Assembly: GCA_951406725.2 (NCBI GenBank)
Contig: OX597815.1
Location: 186,124,001 to 186,188,000, forward strand
Direction of reading: 5' to 3'
DNA: 64,000 bases
From: Octopus vulgaris
Lineage: Eukaryota
In this document: positions 15,953 through 29,538 of the stretch, one piece after another
Layout: every line of letters begins with the position of its first letter
How positions within the stretch are numbered: position 1 is the first letter of the stretch
The notes under the pieces: generated by a model
The model's input: only the letters and a program-made list of their open reading frames with translations
The model's database searches: none
What the model was told of the DNA's origin: nothing
Made by a program: the position numbers and the translations under genes

Positions 15953-16084
15953 TCATGCTGGGGCATTAGTATGCATGTATGTATGTATGTATGTATGTAC
16001 TATGCACTTGTATAGGATACGCACACAAACATACACACACAATCCCGTATATATATATATGTGTGTGTGCGTGGGTGGGCGTGC

Positions 16085-16126
<42 letters not shown>
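15788..16126 (+). repeat. Local tandem duplication of a ~167-bp microsatellite-rich unit
   Basis: CATGCTGGGGCATTAGTATGCAT...TACTATGCACTTGTATAGGATACGCAC...GTGGGTGGGCGTGC occurs twice. Confidence 0.85.
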
Positions 16127-16127
<1 letters not shown>

Positions 16128-16128
16128 T

Positions 16129-16385
16129 GAAAGCACATGGCTCAGCGGTTAGAGCGTGTAGCTTACAAACGTGAGGTCGAATGTTTGATTCCCACACCGG
16201 TCTGTGTGTTGTGCTTTCGAGCGAGATGCTTCATATCTCGTTGTGACGTCACTGGTGTCATGCTGTATCGATCTCTACCATTCCCTTGGACAACATCGGT
16301 GACGTGCATAGGGGAGAACTGTTTGCATGGACGATTGCTGGTCTTCCCCAAACTTTCTAGGCTCAGTCCCATGGGCGTACGTGAT
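16129..16385 (+). mobile_element. tRNA-derived SINE (further family), degraded
   Basis: TGGCTCAGCGGTTAGAGCG A box and TGTTTGATTCC B-box-like sequence. Confidence 0.6.
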
Positions 16386-16500
16386 CAGAGGGTTTTAATA
16401 CTTACTAACACACAGGCACGCACGCACACACAAACACCCACACACATATATATGTATGTGTGTGTTTGTGTGAGCTTGTCTGTGCTTGTGTGTGTGCATA

Positions 16501-16930
16501 GGCGCAAGAGTGGCTGTGTAGTAAGTAGCTTGCTTACCAACCACATGCTCCAGGGTTCAGACCCACTGTGTGATATCTTGAACAAGTGCCTTCTAGTATA
16601 GCCTCGGCCCGACCAAAGACTTGTGAGTAGATTTGGTAGACGGAAACTGAAAGAAGCCCGTCGTGTATATGTATATATATATATATGTGTGTGTGCGTGT
16701 GCGTGTGGGTGTGTATGTGTGTGTGTGTTTAGGTGTCTGTGCTTGTCCTCCTACCATCGCTTGATACCGATGTTGGTGTGTTTACGTCCCCGTAATCTAT
16801 CGGTTCGGCAAAAGGGAACGATAGGATGAGTAGTAGGCTTACAAAGAATAAGTCCTGGGTTCGATTTGTTCGACTAGTGGCGGTGCTCCAGCATGGCCGC
16901 AGTCAAGTAACTGAAACAAATAAAAGAATA
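16501..16930 (+). mobile_element. SINE family B (tRNA head, CORE-like domain, internal TA/TG microsatellite)
   Basis: GAGTGGCTGTGTAGTAAG...GGGTTCAGACCC...GGTAGACGGAAACTGAAAGAAG-(TA)(TG)-...GGCGGTGCTCCAGCATGGCC...AAAAGAATA. Confidence 0.85.
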
Positions 16931-17084
16931 TATATATATATACACACACACATACACACATATATACATATATACATATAGCGTGTATATGTGTACATAT
17001 ATATATATATATACATACGACATCTATCTATCTATCTATCTATCTCTCTATCTAGCTATCTATCAATCCATCTATCTATCTATT

Positions 17085-17134
<50 letters not shown>

Positions 17135-17779
17135 CGCGTGCGTGTGTGTGTGTGTATGTATGTATCATTAAAACTTTGTATACTTGGCTACTAAATGCCT
17201 GAATTATACTTTATTAATTTAAAATTCAAGTAAATTCAAATTGTTATTCGTTTCCCAACAGATTATAGATTTCCAATCTCCTTATTTTCGATCTTCCTAA
17301 CACCTTGAATTACATTTAATGTGGCTTATTTGTCAATTTCGTAATTAAATAAATATTTATAAAGTATCTTTGGTAATAGTTAATTTTCGTGATTTACATT
17401 TAATGTAATTTTACTGATGTTTATACTCTAGCCGATAATCTTGGATGAAGTTAATTAACTAATTTGATTATTGATATGTTCTTGATAAAATCTAAAACCG
17501 GTGTTTTTCGCTAAACAACTGTACACATCCAAAGTTTCTTAGAATATACTTTGATTGATAACGCAAACGGAATTCTGTAATTTTTGTGAGAAGATATTGT
17601 CGACTACATTCACGTTAGTTCTTGACTATTATTTCTGTTATCGACACCCGGTTGATGAGATTAAAGACCACTAAATCGAGATTAGAACTCAGAATGTGTA
17701 AATATTCTTCAAGGTATCTGATCTCACTCTCTGCTACCTTGGAATCAACATGAAAACATGTTCATTTATAGACATTGAA

Positions 17780-18161
17780 ATAATCCTTTCTACAATAGGC
17801 ACATAGCCTGGATTTCGTGAAGAAGTGGACAGTCCATCACATCGACCCCGGTACTCAACTGGTACTTAATTTATCGACCAGCAAAGGATGAAAGGCAAAG
17901 TCGGCCTCGGCGGAATTTGAAATCAGAAAGTAGCGACAGGTGAAATATCTATTTCTTTACTGCCCACAAGGGGCTAAACACAGAGGGGACAAACAAGGAC
18001 AGACACACGGATTAAGTCGATTACATCGACCCCAGTGCGTAACTGGTACTTATTTAATCGACCACGAAAGAATGAACGGCAAAGTCGATCTCGGCGGAAT
18101 TTGAACTCAGAACGTAGCGACTGGTGAAATACCGCTAACGATACTGCCAGCTCGCCGCCTT
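17780..18161 (-). mobile_element. SINE family A dimer
   Basis: Two tandem central/tail modules behind one head. Confidence 0.85.
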
Positions 18162-18233
18162 ATAAACATGAATATAATACCAGTTATTCAGCAGCGCAGA
18201 AAACGTAGTTATTTAAAATAGGTATTTAGAATA

Positions 18234-18332
18234 CGCAGGAGTGGCCATCTGTAAGAAGATTGCTTCCCAAACACGTGGTTTTGGGTTCAACCTCACTGCG
18301 TGGCAGTAGACAGAAATTGAAAGAAGCATGCC

Positions 18333-18416
<84 letters not shown>

Positions 18417-18610
18417 GTGTGTATGTGTGTCTGTGTTTGTTCCCCACCACCGCTTGACGACCAGTGATGGTGGGTTTACGTTCTCGTAACTCAGCGGTTC
18501 GACAAAAGAGATCAATAGATTAAGTACCAGGCTTTACAAAAATAAGTCCTTGCGTTGACTAAAATTCTTAAGGCGGTGACCCAATATGGCTGCAGTCAAA
18601 TGACTGAAAC
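18234..18610 (+). mobile_element. SINE family B copy
   Basis: Head, internal (TA)n and tail match the family B consensus. Confidence 0.8.
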
Positions 18611-21332
18611 ACTAACGTAGCTAAAATGCATACCGCCCGGGGCGGTCCTTCCTTTTGCCGCCCCCGGACCCAACAAAGAACACATATTGCCTATAGCAAA
18701 CCCAAAAGTGTCGCCCCATATATCCGATCTATCTGCTTTCTAAGAATGGAGATGAAAATATATTCGCTTATTTACATTAAGATAATACAACTTATTCATC
18801 ATAGTGGTGAACTAATAGTTATTTAAACTATACATAGACAAATATAATTGTAAATTATGAATTAAAAATAGAAATATCCTTCCCTTAAAAGGACACTTCA
18901 CCCTCCCTTCTATTTCTCAGTAAACTCTCTTTCTCTCTCACTTTTATTCCGAAAGCAAACGTAGGTGGGAGCACCAAAATTCGCCATTTAAATTTCCCTA
19001 AATTATATCCACTTTTGTCTATTTTGTAATTGCATAATACTATCACAACATTTAAAATAAATGTTATTATAAAAGACTAGATGCGTTTTTAATAATAATT
19101 CTGACTCGAAGAAATTGCAATTATTTTATTATTTTCCAACGCTTATTTCCCAAATTATATCGCTTGCCAAGGATGTAGAGCTTCGCAATTCCATCTTCAT
19201 AGGGGACTTATAAGCTCTTCGCAACTTTTAGATAGCTTCAAGTAGGAATTAGGCGATTTAATTGATGACGGCGATTTAATTGATGTAGGCGATTTAATTG
19301 ATTAGGCTGCATATAATCCCGTTTATTCATTTCAGGTAAGACGAGAATTGTTCCATTAATCGCAAGAGAATCTTGATATAGTTACCAACAAAGGTATGAT
19401 ATGTCATTTTAATCAGACTGCATTAAATAAACGGTGAGGTGACATTAAAGCGATGCATAAGCTCTGGGCTTCGGGAGGAAAATTAATCTGCAAAGATAAT
19501 CAATCAACAATATTTTCTTCATTAATACAATATATATAATGATTGGATGATATGACTCATATCAAACGGATTCTCATTAAGTCGGTTCCGTGTCGATATC
19601 ACAGCACTTTTTTGTTTTGTATTACGATATGCTTTACGCAATATCATTCAGAGTAATATGGTATTGATCAGAATCTGTTTTTCAGAATATATGTTCTTGT
19701 AAAGGAAATCATATCAATAGTATAGGAATGAAAATCCATCAATAACATCAATATAAAAGATTCGTTTATTTTATGAATATTTAGTCAGCAATGCGTAAGC
19801 GTACCATATTGGTTTTGTTGTGATCAAAAGGGTTAGGTGTTTAATTTCCTATTTCGGTTTCTAACTTTTATAAAAGTTGAATTTTTCTATATTTTCGATA
19901 TAAGCGGAGACATTTCCGAGACAACTGATTAATATCAGTGCTAATTTTTTTCTTATTGTTGAGAAAGTTTCCACAATTATCCCTGAATTAATGAAAAAAA
20001 GGTGATGGTATTTTAACAGATAAACTAGATCTATAGGTTTGTTTAAAGAGCTGAAATTGAAGTAATGGCAATGAAAAATACGTTTGTTTTACAAAAATAT
20101 TTGAAAATTTTCTCTACCACTGGTTTCACTTGCTCAAAACACTTCGTGATCAAATGTTCCAATGGTCTTTGTAATTCAAACAACAAATGCAAAGTAACCG
20201 AAATTAGATGTTGGACAAAAGGTTTTCTGTTTTCATTGGTTGCTTAGTATCTGTAATTAATTCCATTCGCAATTTGTAGAAATATTTGAATAACTTTTTA
20301 TATCATCCCTTAGCAAAAAACAACAGAGCATTCTTGTGGAAAGGTTAGAAGGGAAGGCAAAGTATACCTTGACGAATCGCAGCTCAGAAAGTACTACAAT
20401 GTAACCAAATATTGAAAAGCAGTCACCCTAAAGCCGTTTCCGTCACTCGTTACCATTTCCTTGAGTTTCATTAGATGAATATTTCAGATTTTTGCAACAA
20501 AAAGTGAGCTATGGACGGACTATGGTTATTCATGTAAAATACGTAATAATACGATGTTACTTTGTCTATTTCAGTATACTAGTTTTCCTCCGGAAATAAT
20601 TGATTTGTACGCATTTAGCAATGTTCACATGGTTCTTTTTATAGAAGTAGCTGACAATCTAATTTATATAACAGCATTTTGTGTGTATAGTCTGGAAAAT
20701 AAATGTTCTTAACATTTGCGGTAAGGAAATGGACCGTTTTACCAAATTCTGTTTGGGTCGTAACACAATGCTATTTGTAATTGTTTATCTGATGTTTGAG
20801 CCTTTGGCACAATCAAAAATAGAATATAACTATTTATCAAGTGGCCTGAACAAAGCATCGTTAGTTTATTGCATTTAGCTTCTTTACACAGCCATGCATC
20901 ATATGCATGTATGCACACATAATGCATTTAAGTGAAGTGTTTGTGTGCACATTATGCATATTGATATTGCGCTTCATTATACCTGAACGCTATCACATCC
21001 ATGAAATCATACCTGCATTTTAGTTAAGTCCAGCTATCTAGATTCAAGGCTCCTTCATTGGAAATTCAAAATCAACAATAGGCTATTTTTGCTTGTATGT
21101 ATGTATGTATGTGTGCAGATTTGTATGTTTTGCTTTTTATGTATGTATTCTCATGCATATAGTTGCATATCTATGCTAGGCTGTTGATATATCATGCCTG
21201 AAAACACGGCATACTACGATTTTACATAATATGCAAGCAAGACTGTCCACTTCCCAGCTAAAGAAACGCTTGGTAATTAAACACACCTATCCAGTAGTAG
21301 AAATCTGAATAAAAAAGGTTTATATATTCATA

Positions 21333-21509
21333 AGTGCAGGAGTGGCTGTGTAGTAAGTAGCTTGCTTACCAACCACATGGTTACGGGTTCATTCCCACTG
21401 TGTGGCACCTTGGGCAAGTGTCTTCTTCTATAGCCTCGGGCCGACCAAAGTCTTGTGAGTGGATTTGGTAGACGGAAACTGAAAGAAACTTGTCATATAT
21501 ATGTATATA

Positions 21510-21560
<51 letters not shown>

Positions 21561-21770
21561 TTATGTGTTTGTGTTTGTCCCTCCAACATCATTTGACAAC
21601 CAATGCTGGTCTGTTTACGTCCCCGTAACTTAGCGGTTCGACAAAAGTGACCGATAGAACAAAAACTAGGCTTACAAAGTATAAGTTCTGGGGTCGATCT
21701 ACTCGACTAAAGGCGGTGCTCCAGGATGGCCACAGTCAAAACGACTGAAACAAGTAAAAGAGTAAAAAAA
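21333..21770 (+). mobile_element. SINE family B copy, full length
   Basis: GCAGGAGTGGCTGTGTAGTAAG...CACCTTGGGCAAGTG (CORE-like)...ACTGAAACAAGTAAAAGAG. Confidence 0.9.
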
Positions 21771-23261
21771 AGTATTCAAACACGATAAGATTAATTACGC
21801 AAGATTAGATTTTGACAAATTCAATGCTTAATATCCAAGACTGCATCATTTTCCCCGCCTAAGTAAGTGACGTTTTCTAAATCCTCTTTCTGCATCGTTC
21901 ACGAAGACAGCAGGAAACTGAAATATGTTTTAAAGCTTACAATGAACGATAAGCTTGAATTCATTTCCTAATTCGTCGATGTTTGTCGTATAATGCAATG
22001 GAGTGTGCAATGATGGGTTCTACCCAGTGCCGCTCCCCTTTAGTGATGTTTTATAAATATAGGTTTAGACTTTGTTACACGGCCAATAATTTTAACGGGT
22101 GGGAGGCGTTAGACGGTTACATCGACCCCCGTGCTTCTGTTTGATTGGTAATTATTTTATTTGTCCCGAAAGAATAAAAGAGGTAAAGTCGATCTTTGCG
22201 AAATTTGAACTTAGAACGGAAAACATCGGAAGAAATACCACTAAAAATATTTTGCTCGGTGTGTGAACGATGCTGAGAGTCTCGTTATGTTTTGTAGATA
22301 TTGTTTACAATTAAAAGCAAATAAACCAAACGCTTTCGGAAACCATGATGATTTTTAAAGTTTTGATTAGGGAACACGCTTCTTTTGTTTCTTTGCTTTT
22401 TTGTTCCTTCTTAATTTCTCTATTTGGAACCATATAGAATTTCCTACTTTATAAAAGACGTCCTTATACTCCGTGAAGCATCTGTATTGAGCGTCTATTA
22501 ACATTATTTGGAAAGATGTAAACTTTTGAAGATGGTGGGCACAACCACAAATCTCAAGGAGATAAAGGTATGTAAATCTGTTTTTTTTTTGTTGTAAAAG
22601 TTCGTGAATGAAAATATTTCTTGCCGATAACTTAACACTAAACCCCAAAAAGAAGAAACAACCATTCTGTGGTTTAAAAAAATATGGAACAACACAACTA
22701 AAAATGAAATAATGCACAGGTCTATTTACATAAAGTTAGTGTTCAGAAATATAGAAATAACATTTACCTACATAAAAACAAAAATGTCAGATCGCTAACC
22801 ACATGGATGAAGAGAATTCCTCGTAGCTACGTAAACGTAGAGCCAAAGAAAGGCAAAGTAAAACACACCGTTTTATGTACATATATCATACTATCTTTTA
22901 AATACCCATTCAGTGAAATAGGCACACGCAAAAAATTACAGCTGCACACAAACACGTATTTACTCTAATAAACGCACGCAAACATTCATCCACATGCACA
23001 TAGATGCATGCATATTACAATGCACACTCATAACATCCACCTAAAACCATACCAGCGTACACATACTTAATATATCATACATTAAATATGTATGCATATA
23101 TGTGCGTGTATAGGCACACGCGAATGCACATATATTTATATTAATGCATCTTGCATCTACGAGGTCTGCACAAAAAGAAGACGAACTTCCAAACATCTTA
23201 CTAACTCGCCACTACAACGCTGTTCGTGGATGACCATAACGTTTAGTCTAATAATAAATAA

Positions 23262-23685
23262 ATGCCTATTTCTTTACTACCCACAAGGAGCTAAACACAG
23301 AGAAGACAAACAAGGATAGACGAACGGATTAAAGTCGATTACATCGACCCCAGTGCATAACTGGTACTTACTTAATCGACTCCGAAAGGATGAAAGGCAA
23401 AGTCGACCTCGGCGGAATTTGAACTCAGAGCGTAGCGGCAGACGAAATGCCTATTTCTTTACTAACCACAAGAGGCTAAACACAGAGAGGACAAACAAGG
23501 ACAGACAAATGGATTAAGTCGATTATATCGACCCCAGTGCGTAGCTGGTACTTATTTAATCGACCCCGAAAGGATGAAAGGCAAAGTCAACCTCGGCGGA
23601 ATTTGAACTCAGAACGTAGCGGCAGGCGAAATACCGCTAAGCATTTCGCCCGGCGTGCTAACGCTTCTGCCAGCTCGTAGCCTTA
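23262..23685 (-). mobile_element. SINE family A dimer with target-site duplication
   Basis: Two tandem modules. Flank CGTTTAGTCTAATAATAAATAAA occurs once on the left and twice on the right. Confidence 0.9.
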
Positions 23686-24167
23686 AATACCGTTTAGTCT
23701 AATAATAAATAAACCATACCGTTTAGTCTAATAATAAATAAATGCCGTCATGGTCGTTAGTTACCCATATATACTTTATAAAGTGAAAGGATATTCAGTG
23801 CATTTAATGATTCGTGAGTTCAAACAGGAAAGATGGGAGAGCATAATGCTTGGATGAAATTCTGCTTCGATTTGAACAAACGTTTATAGAGGCGACTTTT
23901 CTCTTTTTACAAAGTTTCATAGGCTGTGGGGGTAGTTTAGTCAAGAGTGATGTAGATTTCCGAGCATCTTACGGTTTACAGAAACATAGACATACAAGTT
24001 CATGACGTCTTGTGAATGTCAGTCATATAAATGTATATACATACACATAGAGCAGGATCTAGCAGTTGAGTGGTTGATTGTTGAACGGCTCTGCGCTGCA
24101 GTGTCAGGATTGATGCGAATTCATTGTACGCCTCTCGCGGGTTGGTTTGACAAGTCTGCGTTTCATT

Positions 24168-24458
24168 TCATGTTGTTCCTTCTGAAGCCCTGCCTTGCTC
24201 ATAAGGGCCGGTTTCCCGGTTTCTTTGGCGTATAAGCTCCCCACCTGGACGGGACACCGGCCTGTCGCAGGTGAGCTGCAAGATGCAGGAGGAAAGAGTG
24301 AGAGAAAGTTGTGGCGAAAGATTCGGCAGAAGTTCGCCATTGCCTTCTGCCGGAGCCGCGTGGAGCTCAGGTGTTTCGCTCATAAACACACACATCGCTC
24401 TGTCTGAGATTCGAACCCGCGAGTCCGCTGCTCTAACCACTAGGCCATGTGCCTCCAC
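24168..24458 (-). mobile_element. SINE family C (tRNA head, V-domain-like centre)
   Basis: GGAGGCACATGGCCTAGTGGTTAGAGCAGCGGACTCGCGGGTTCGAATC head and GCGACAGGCCGGTGTCCCGTCCAGG centre. Near-identical to 62686-62970. Confidence 0.85.
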
Positions 24459-25254
24459 TGTTTCATTTCATGTCCGTTTATAACAGAAATAGCTTATTCT
24501 ACATTCTATGTGTAGAATAAAAGATAATGGCATAATAGTTAACGGGGTTGTTTCTACGATTTAGTTGCGAGGGTGTGTTTGAGAACTTGGTGTTTGAAAG
24601 ATATTGAATACAACCGTGGAGAAAAGGTCTCTTCTGTTTTCTCATGATGTTCATATACAATGTCAGTATTTTCAGCTAATCCATAGCACACAATTAACGG
24701 CCATTGTATTATCTCTTGCATTTTTCTATACTTACTCCAGTATTCCACTAAGTGGGACGAGGAGGGCAATTTACCGGACCTCCACGTACCAAATGATTTC
24801 CGAGAGTAAGGTAAAATTTCTTTTCCCTTTAGACATGCTACATGTATGACGTAATCAATGTGTTTTCTGTAAAGCCGTGACGTCTGTGTCTTGACGAAAA
24901 AGTTTTAAAAATTGGTTTATATATATATAATTCATTTTGCCACCGCATCACCATGCTTCACTGTAAAATCTCTAAGAGCTTGTAGCTGAGTGAATATATG
25001 TAAACAATATAAATACACAAGTGTCAAGAACCTGAAATGCATAAAACATATTTCAAATAATTAGAATTTTAAATGGTTTAGATATGTATAAACAGTGCAC
25101 TATGTGGCCGTACAGCATATACAGAGGCACCCACAGTCACGAGAACTATTTGTGGTAAATCGTGGAAGGCAAGCATTTGTATCATAGTGATTGACTTTTC
25201 AATTTAATATTCCATTCTAAGACTGACCAATTTTAACGTATCATATTGGTTCCA

Positions 25255-25460
25255 GACTTTGGCACAACACCAGCAATTTCTGAAGTGAGGTAAGTCGATA
25301 ACTTCGACCCCAATGCTCAACTTGTACTTATTTTATCGACACCGAAAGAATGAAAAGTAAATTCGACCTCAGCAGAGTTTGAACCCAGAACGTAAGGATC
25401 GACGAAATGCCGATTAGCATTTTTCCCGGGATGCTAACGAGTCTGCTTGCTCACCGCTCT
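25255..25460 (-). mobile_element. SINE family A copy, diverged
   Basis: Matches the family A consensus. Confidence 0.7.
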
Positions 25461-26054
25461 AAAAATGTGTGCACATGAAAATGTTTATGCAAAGATGCGC
25501 TGATGTGAGGAACTTTTAGCGTGAATATCACCATGTGTGGATTGTATGACTGTGTTGTACGTTCCAATTTTTATAATGGCGGTGCCCCAGCATGGCCACA
25601 GCTCGTGTGCTGAAACTAGATAAAGATAAAGAAGATGCGTATTCAGTCTCTCTCCATGCATGTATTTGTACCTGATCATGCACGTTTACCTGCCTGTATT
25701 TATGACTCTAATGAGTGAGTTTGAGAGCGTGCATGCGTATGTATATAAATGAGTTAATTCTGAAGACTATGTTTATAGACTCACTTCAGTTTTTTTATCA
25801 ATACAATAAACCGTATCAAAAGTAGTGCATAATGAAATGAATAAGACAAAACTAGCAGAAAATTTTATTCGTCATCAAAAGGGAAATTGATTATCAACAG
25901 AAAGTTAAAAAAAAAATATATATATATATATTTATAAATCACGAGTTAATTAACATGCATAGAAAAAGAAATGTCTAAAGTACTATGTAGTTTTTGGTAC
26001 ATTTGACCTCATTAGCTTAGTTATTTCCGTTGGCCCTATCTCGCTTTCTGTATA

Positions 26055-26124
<70 letters not shown>

Positions 26125-26204
26125 TAGGTAGATAGATTGCTAGATAGACAGATAGATACAATGATATATACATAGATATTCTTACATGTGTGTTTTATTA
26201 TATA

Positions 26205-26249
<45 letters not shown>

Positions 26250-26254
26250 CACAC

Positions 26255-26299
<45 letters not shown>

Positions 26300-26365
26300 T
26301 ATATATATATATAAATATATATTTATACACACTATATATATATATATATAATATATATTTATACA

Positions 26366-26431
<66 letters not shown>

Positions 26432-26440
26432 TATATATAT

Positions 26441-26497
<57 letters not shown>

Positions 26498-26549
26498 TAT
26501 ATTTATACACACTATATATATATATATATAAATATATATTTATACACAC

Positions 26550-26618
<69 letters not shown>

Positions 26619-26791
26619 CACGCAAACTGGAAACTAGAACTAGAGTGTGAGCGTAATATTCATTGGAAATGTATCAACCTATATAAAGTATCCGTTAGCA
26701 TCCACATGTAATATTCACTTATGTAAGCATGACAACGTATTACGTGTTATAGTATTTCTTTCTCATGCACCAGGAAGCACTGATAAGAGAA

Positions 26792-26861
<70 letters not shown>

Positions 26862-27689
26862 CAGTAAAAACAAATCTATGGATTGTATTAGAACTCTGTA
26901 TTTATGTAGGTTAATTCTGAGATTAATTAGAAATTTATCTTGAAAACACTGATAACAAAACCCAAATCTAAATCTTTTTAAATGCAACACATTAAAACAT
27001 AAACGTTACGTGAAATCTATAACATCAAACAAAGACTGCGAGTCAACAATACCTCTGCTCTAGTTATAAATAATTAAATCACATATTCTCGTGCCCTTTT
27101 GTTCTCATCATGGTTTCTGATACGAAATAGATCGTATCCTAAATTTGAAATCGATATTCTCTTTTTATTTCCAAATGACTTAAAAACGAACAACGATATT
27201 ATACAAGTACAACCAGAACTTTTGTAATGCAGCTGATTGTATTGATTCCATACTAACTGTACCGAACCTGGCAGGATTTGTGTATATAATAAGAAAGGAA
27301 ATCTCATCAATATCATTGGAAACATCAAAGAATATCACAAAGGAATCGATATATAAACACATATGCCTAAAGAAAAGGTTTCAGATATCTAAAATATCTT
27401 AAGAGTGAAGAAAAGGTCAGGTGATGTAGGAGAGAGAGGTGTTAGAAACACACACACACGTATACATGAAAAGTCATAGATAGACAATGGATGCATAAAT
27501 GCATAGTTGCAAATATATGTATACATAGGCGCTGGAGTGGCTGTGCAGTAAGTAGCTTGCTTACCAACCACATGGTTCCAGGTTCAGTCCCACTGCGTGG
27601 CATGTTGGTTAAGTGATTTCTACTATAGCCTCGGGCCGACCGAAGACTTTTGAATGGATATGGTAGACGGAAACTGAAAGAAGCCCATC

Positions 27690-27727
<38 letters not shown>

Positions 27728-27743
27728 ACATACACACACATAC

Positions 27744-27796
<53 letters not shown>

Positions 27797-27802
<6 letters not shown>

Positions 27803-28292
27803 TGAATGGAATAAATGGAGTTGAACGAAGATTGTACAGAATACCTTTTATTTCATTCTACACATGTTTCGAAGGCCACAAATTTCCAAATTCTGTTTAA
27901 ATAAGAAAACAGTTCAGCCATGGGCTCCTAAGGAGCATCTTCGTTCGAATTGCTGTGCCTCTGTTTTGTTTTGTCCTGTCAACGGAATTCCTGATTTTCT
28001 TTTTTCCTGAAGAGAAAGCCGCAATATGGTACCCTTATTTAAACAGAATTTGGAAATTTGTGGCCTTCGAAACATGTGTAGAATGAAATAAAAGGTATTC
28101 TGTACAATCTTCGTTCAACTCCATTTATTCCATTCACTAATAATATTAAACTTCAATTATCCGCTCCAACGCACGGTTGCAACACCAAATGGTCTTATCT
28201 CCAACCGTGCTGTTTTCCGCTGTGATTTTTGCTACCCAGGTATCGGTTAAACCTTTGAATAATCTGTTACAAGAAAATTCATCTTTCTATTT

Positions 28293-28298
<6 letters not shown>
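27797..28298 (+). mobile_element. (TA)n-flanked fold-back element with hammerhead (Penelope pLTR-like)
   Basis: 109-bp inverted arms at 27797-27905 and 28034-28142, apparently perfect. HHR at 28003-28088: UUC-CUGAAGA-GAAAGCCGCAA/UUGUGGCCUUC-GAAAC-AUGU-GUA-GAA. Confidence 0.8.
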
Positions 28299-28368
<70 letters not shown>

Positions 28369-28377
28369 ATATATATA

Positions 28378-28625
28378 GCAAAAATTTAGATTCAAATGAA
28401 TATGGTACTTAATTTAGATGCACCAGAAATCTGTATGATGTTATCCATAAAAATCTGTGGGGTGATTATAATCAAAATAAGCAACAAGAATGACTCCGGT
28501 AATTTGGTACGATCGTTTCGTACTACATCATTTTATACTACATCATTAAATAAAATTTAATAAAATGATGTAGTACGAAACGATCGTACCAAATTACCGG
28601 AGTCATTCTCGTTGCTTATTTTGAA
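28378..28625. repeat. (TA)n-flanked insert with 65-bp inverted arms carrying a hammerhead 3' half
   Basis: Arms at 28472-28536 and 28560-28624 with one mismatch. Contains CGAAAC-GATC-GTA. Confidence 0.8.
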
Positions 28626-28673
28626 CATATATATATCAGTAAATATAATATGTGACAATTATTCAGTAGCCAT

Positions 28674-28734
28674 GATAAAACTCCGAGTTTCGGATGTCGG
28701 GGCGGAAACCCATGCCACCATCTCTTCAGTTATC
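28674..28734 (-). ncRNA. Minimal type I hammerhead-like motif
   Basis: GAUAA-CUGAAGA-GAUG...CAUC-C-GAAACUCGGAGUU-UUAUC. Homologous to 39962-40065. Confidence 0.65.
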
Positions 28735-29149
28735 CGGTCATCGAAATAATTATTGCAGATTTTTCATTAAATTTTGTTCCACAAAAACAGTAACAAAGTG
28801 TAACAAAAACATCTTTAAATGATCATTCCAGAGCATATCCATCATCAACTGCAATTACTGCTTCCCATTTGCTTGGCAGATGGTCAAGCAAATGTGTGTG
28901 TGTGTGTGCATGTTTGCGCGCGTGTGTGTATGCGCGCGTATGTCTGTGTGTCTGTGTTTGTCCTCCACCATCGCTTGACAACTAATGTTCGTGTGTTTAC
29001 GTCCCTGTAACTTAGCAATTCGACAAAAGAGACTGATAGAATAAGTAGTAGGCTTAAAGAAGAATGAGTCCTGAGGTCGACTTGCTCGACTGAAGGCGGT
29101 GCTCCAGCATGGGCGCAGTCAAATGACTGAAACAAGTAAAAGAATAAAA

Positions 29150-29189
<40 letters not shown>

Positions 29190-29219
29190 GGGGGGTATGT
29201 GTGTGTGTGTGTGTATGTA

Positions 29220-29538
29220 TGTAGTGGCATTTCATCGATTACGACGACGAGGGTTCCAGTTGATCCGATCAACGAAACAGCCTACTCGTGAAATTAACTA
29301 GAAAGTGGTTGAGCATTCCACAGACACGTGTGCCCTTAACGTAGTTCTCGGGGAGATTCAGCGTGACACAGAGTGTGACAGGAATAACTAGAGAAAGTTG
29401 TGATGAAGGAGTACAGCAGGGTTTGCCACTACCCACTGCCGGACCCTCGTGGAGCGTTTAGGTGTTTTCGCTCGATAAACACTCTCAACGCCCGGTCTAG
29501 GAATCGAAAACGCGATCCACTGGGCCATTGGGCGTCCA
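29220..29538 (-). mobile_element. Composite of a family C SINE head and a fourth SINE body
   Basis: 29390-29538 matches family C. 29220-29380 matches 48780-49000. Confidence 0.7.

Larger units (their letters stand above)
27527..29152 (+). mobile_element. SINE family B split by nested insertions in its internal microsatellite
   Basis: 5' half at 27527-27690 and 3' half at about 28930-29152, with ~1.2 kb of TA-bounded inserts between them. Confidence 0.75.

Noticed and set aside
27797-28142. MITE with terminal inverted repeats
   Set aside because: The right arm is internal (the element continues ~155 bp to the TA tract) and overlaps an HHR, which fits fold-back formation better than TIRs.
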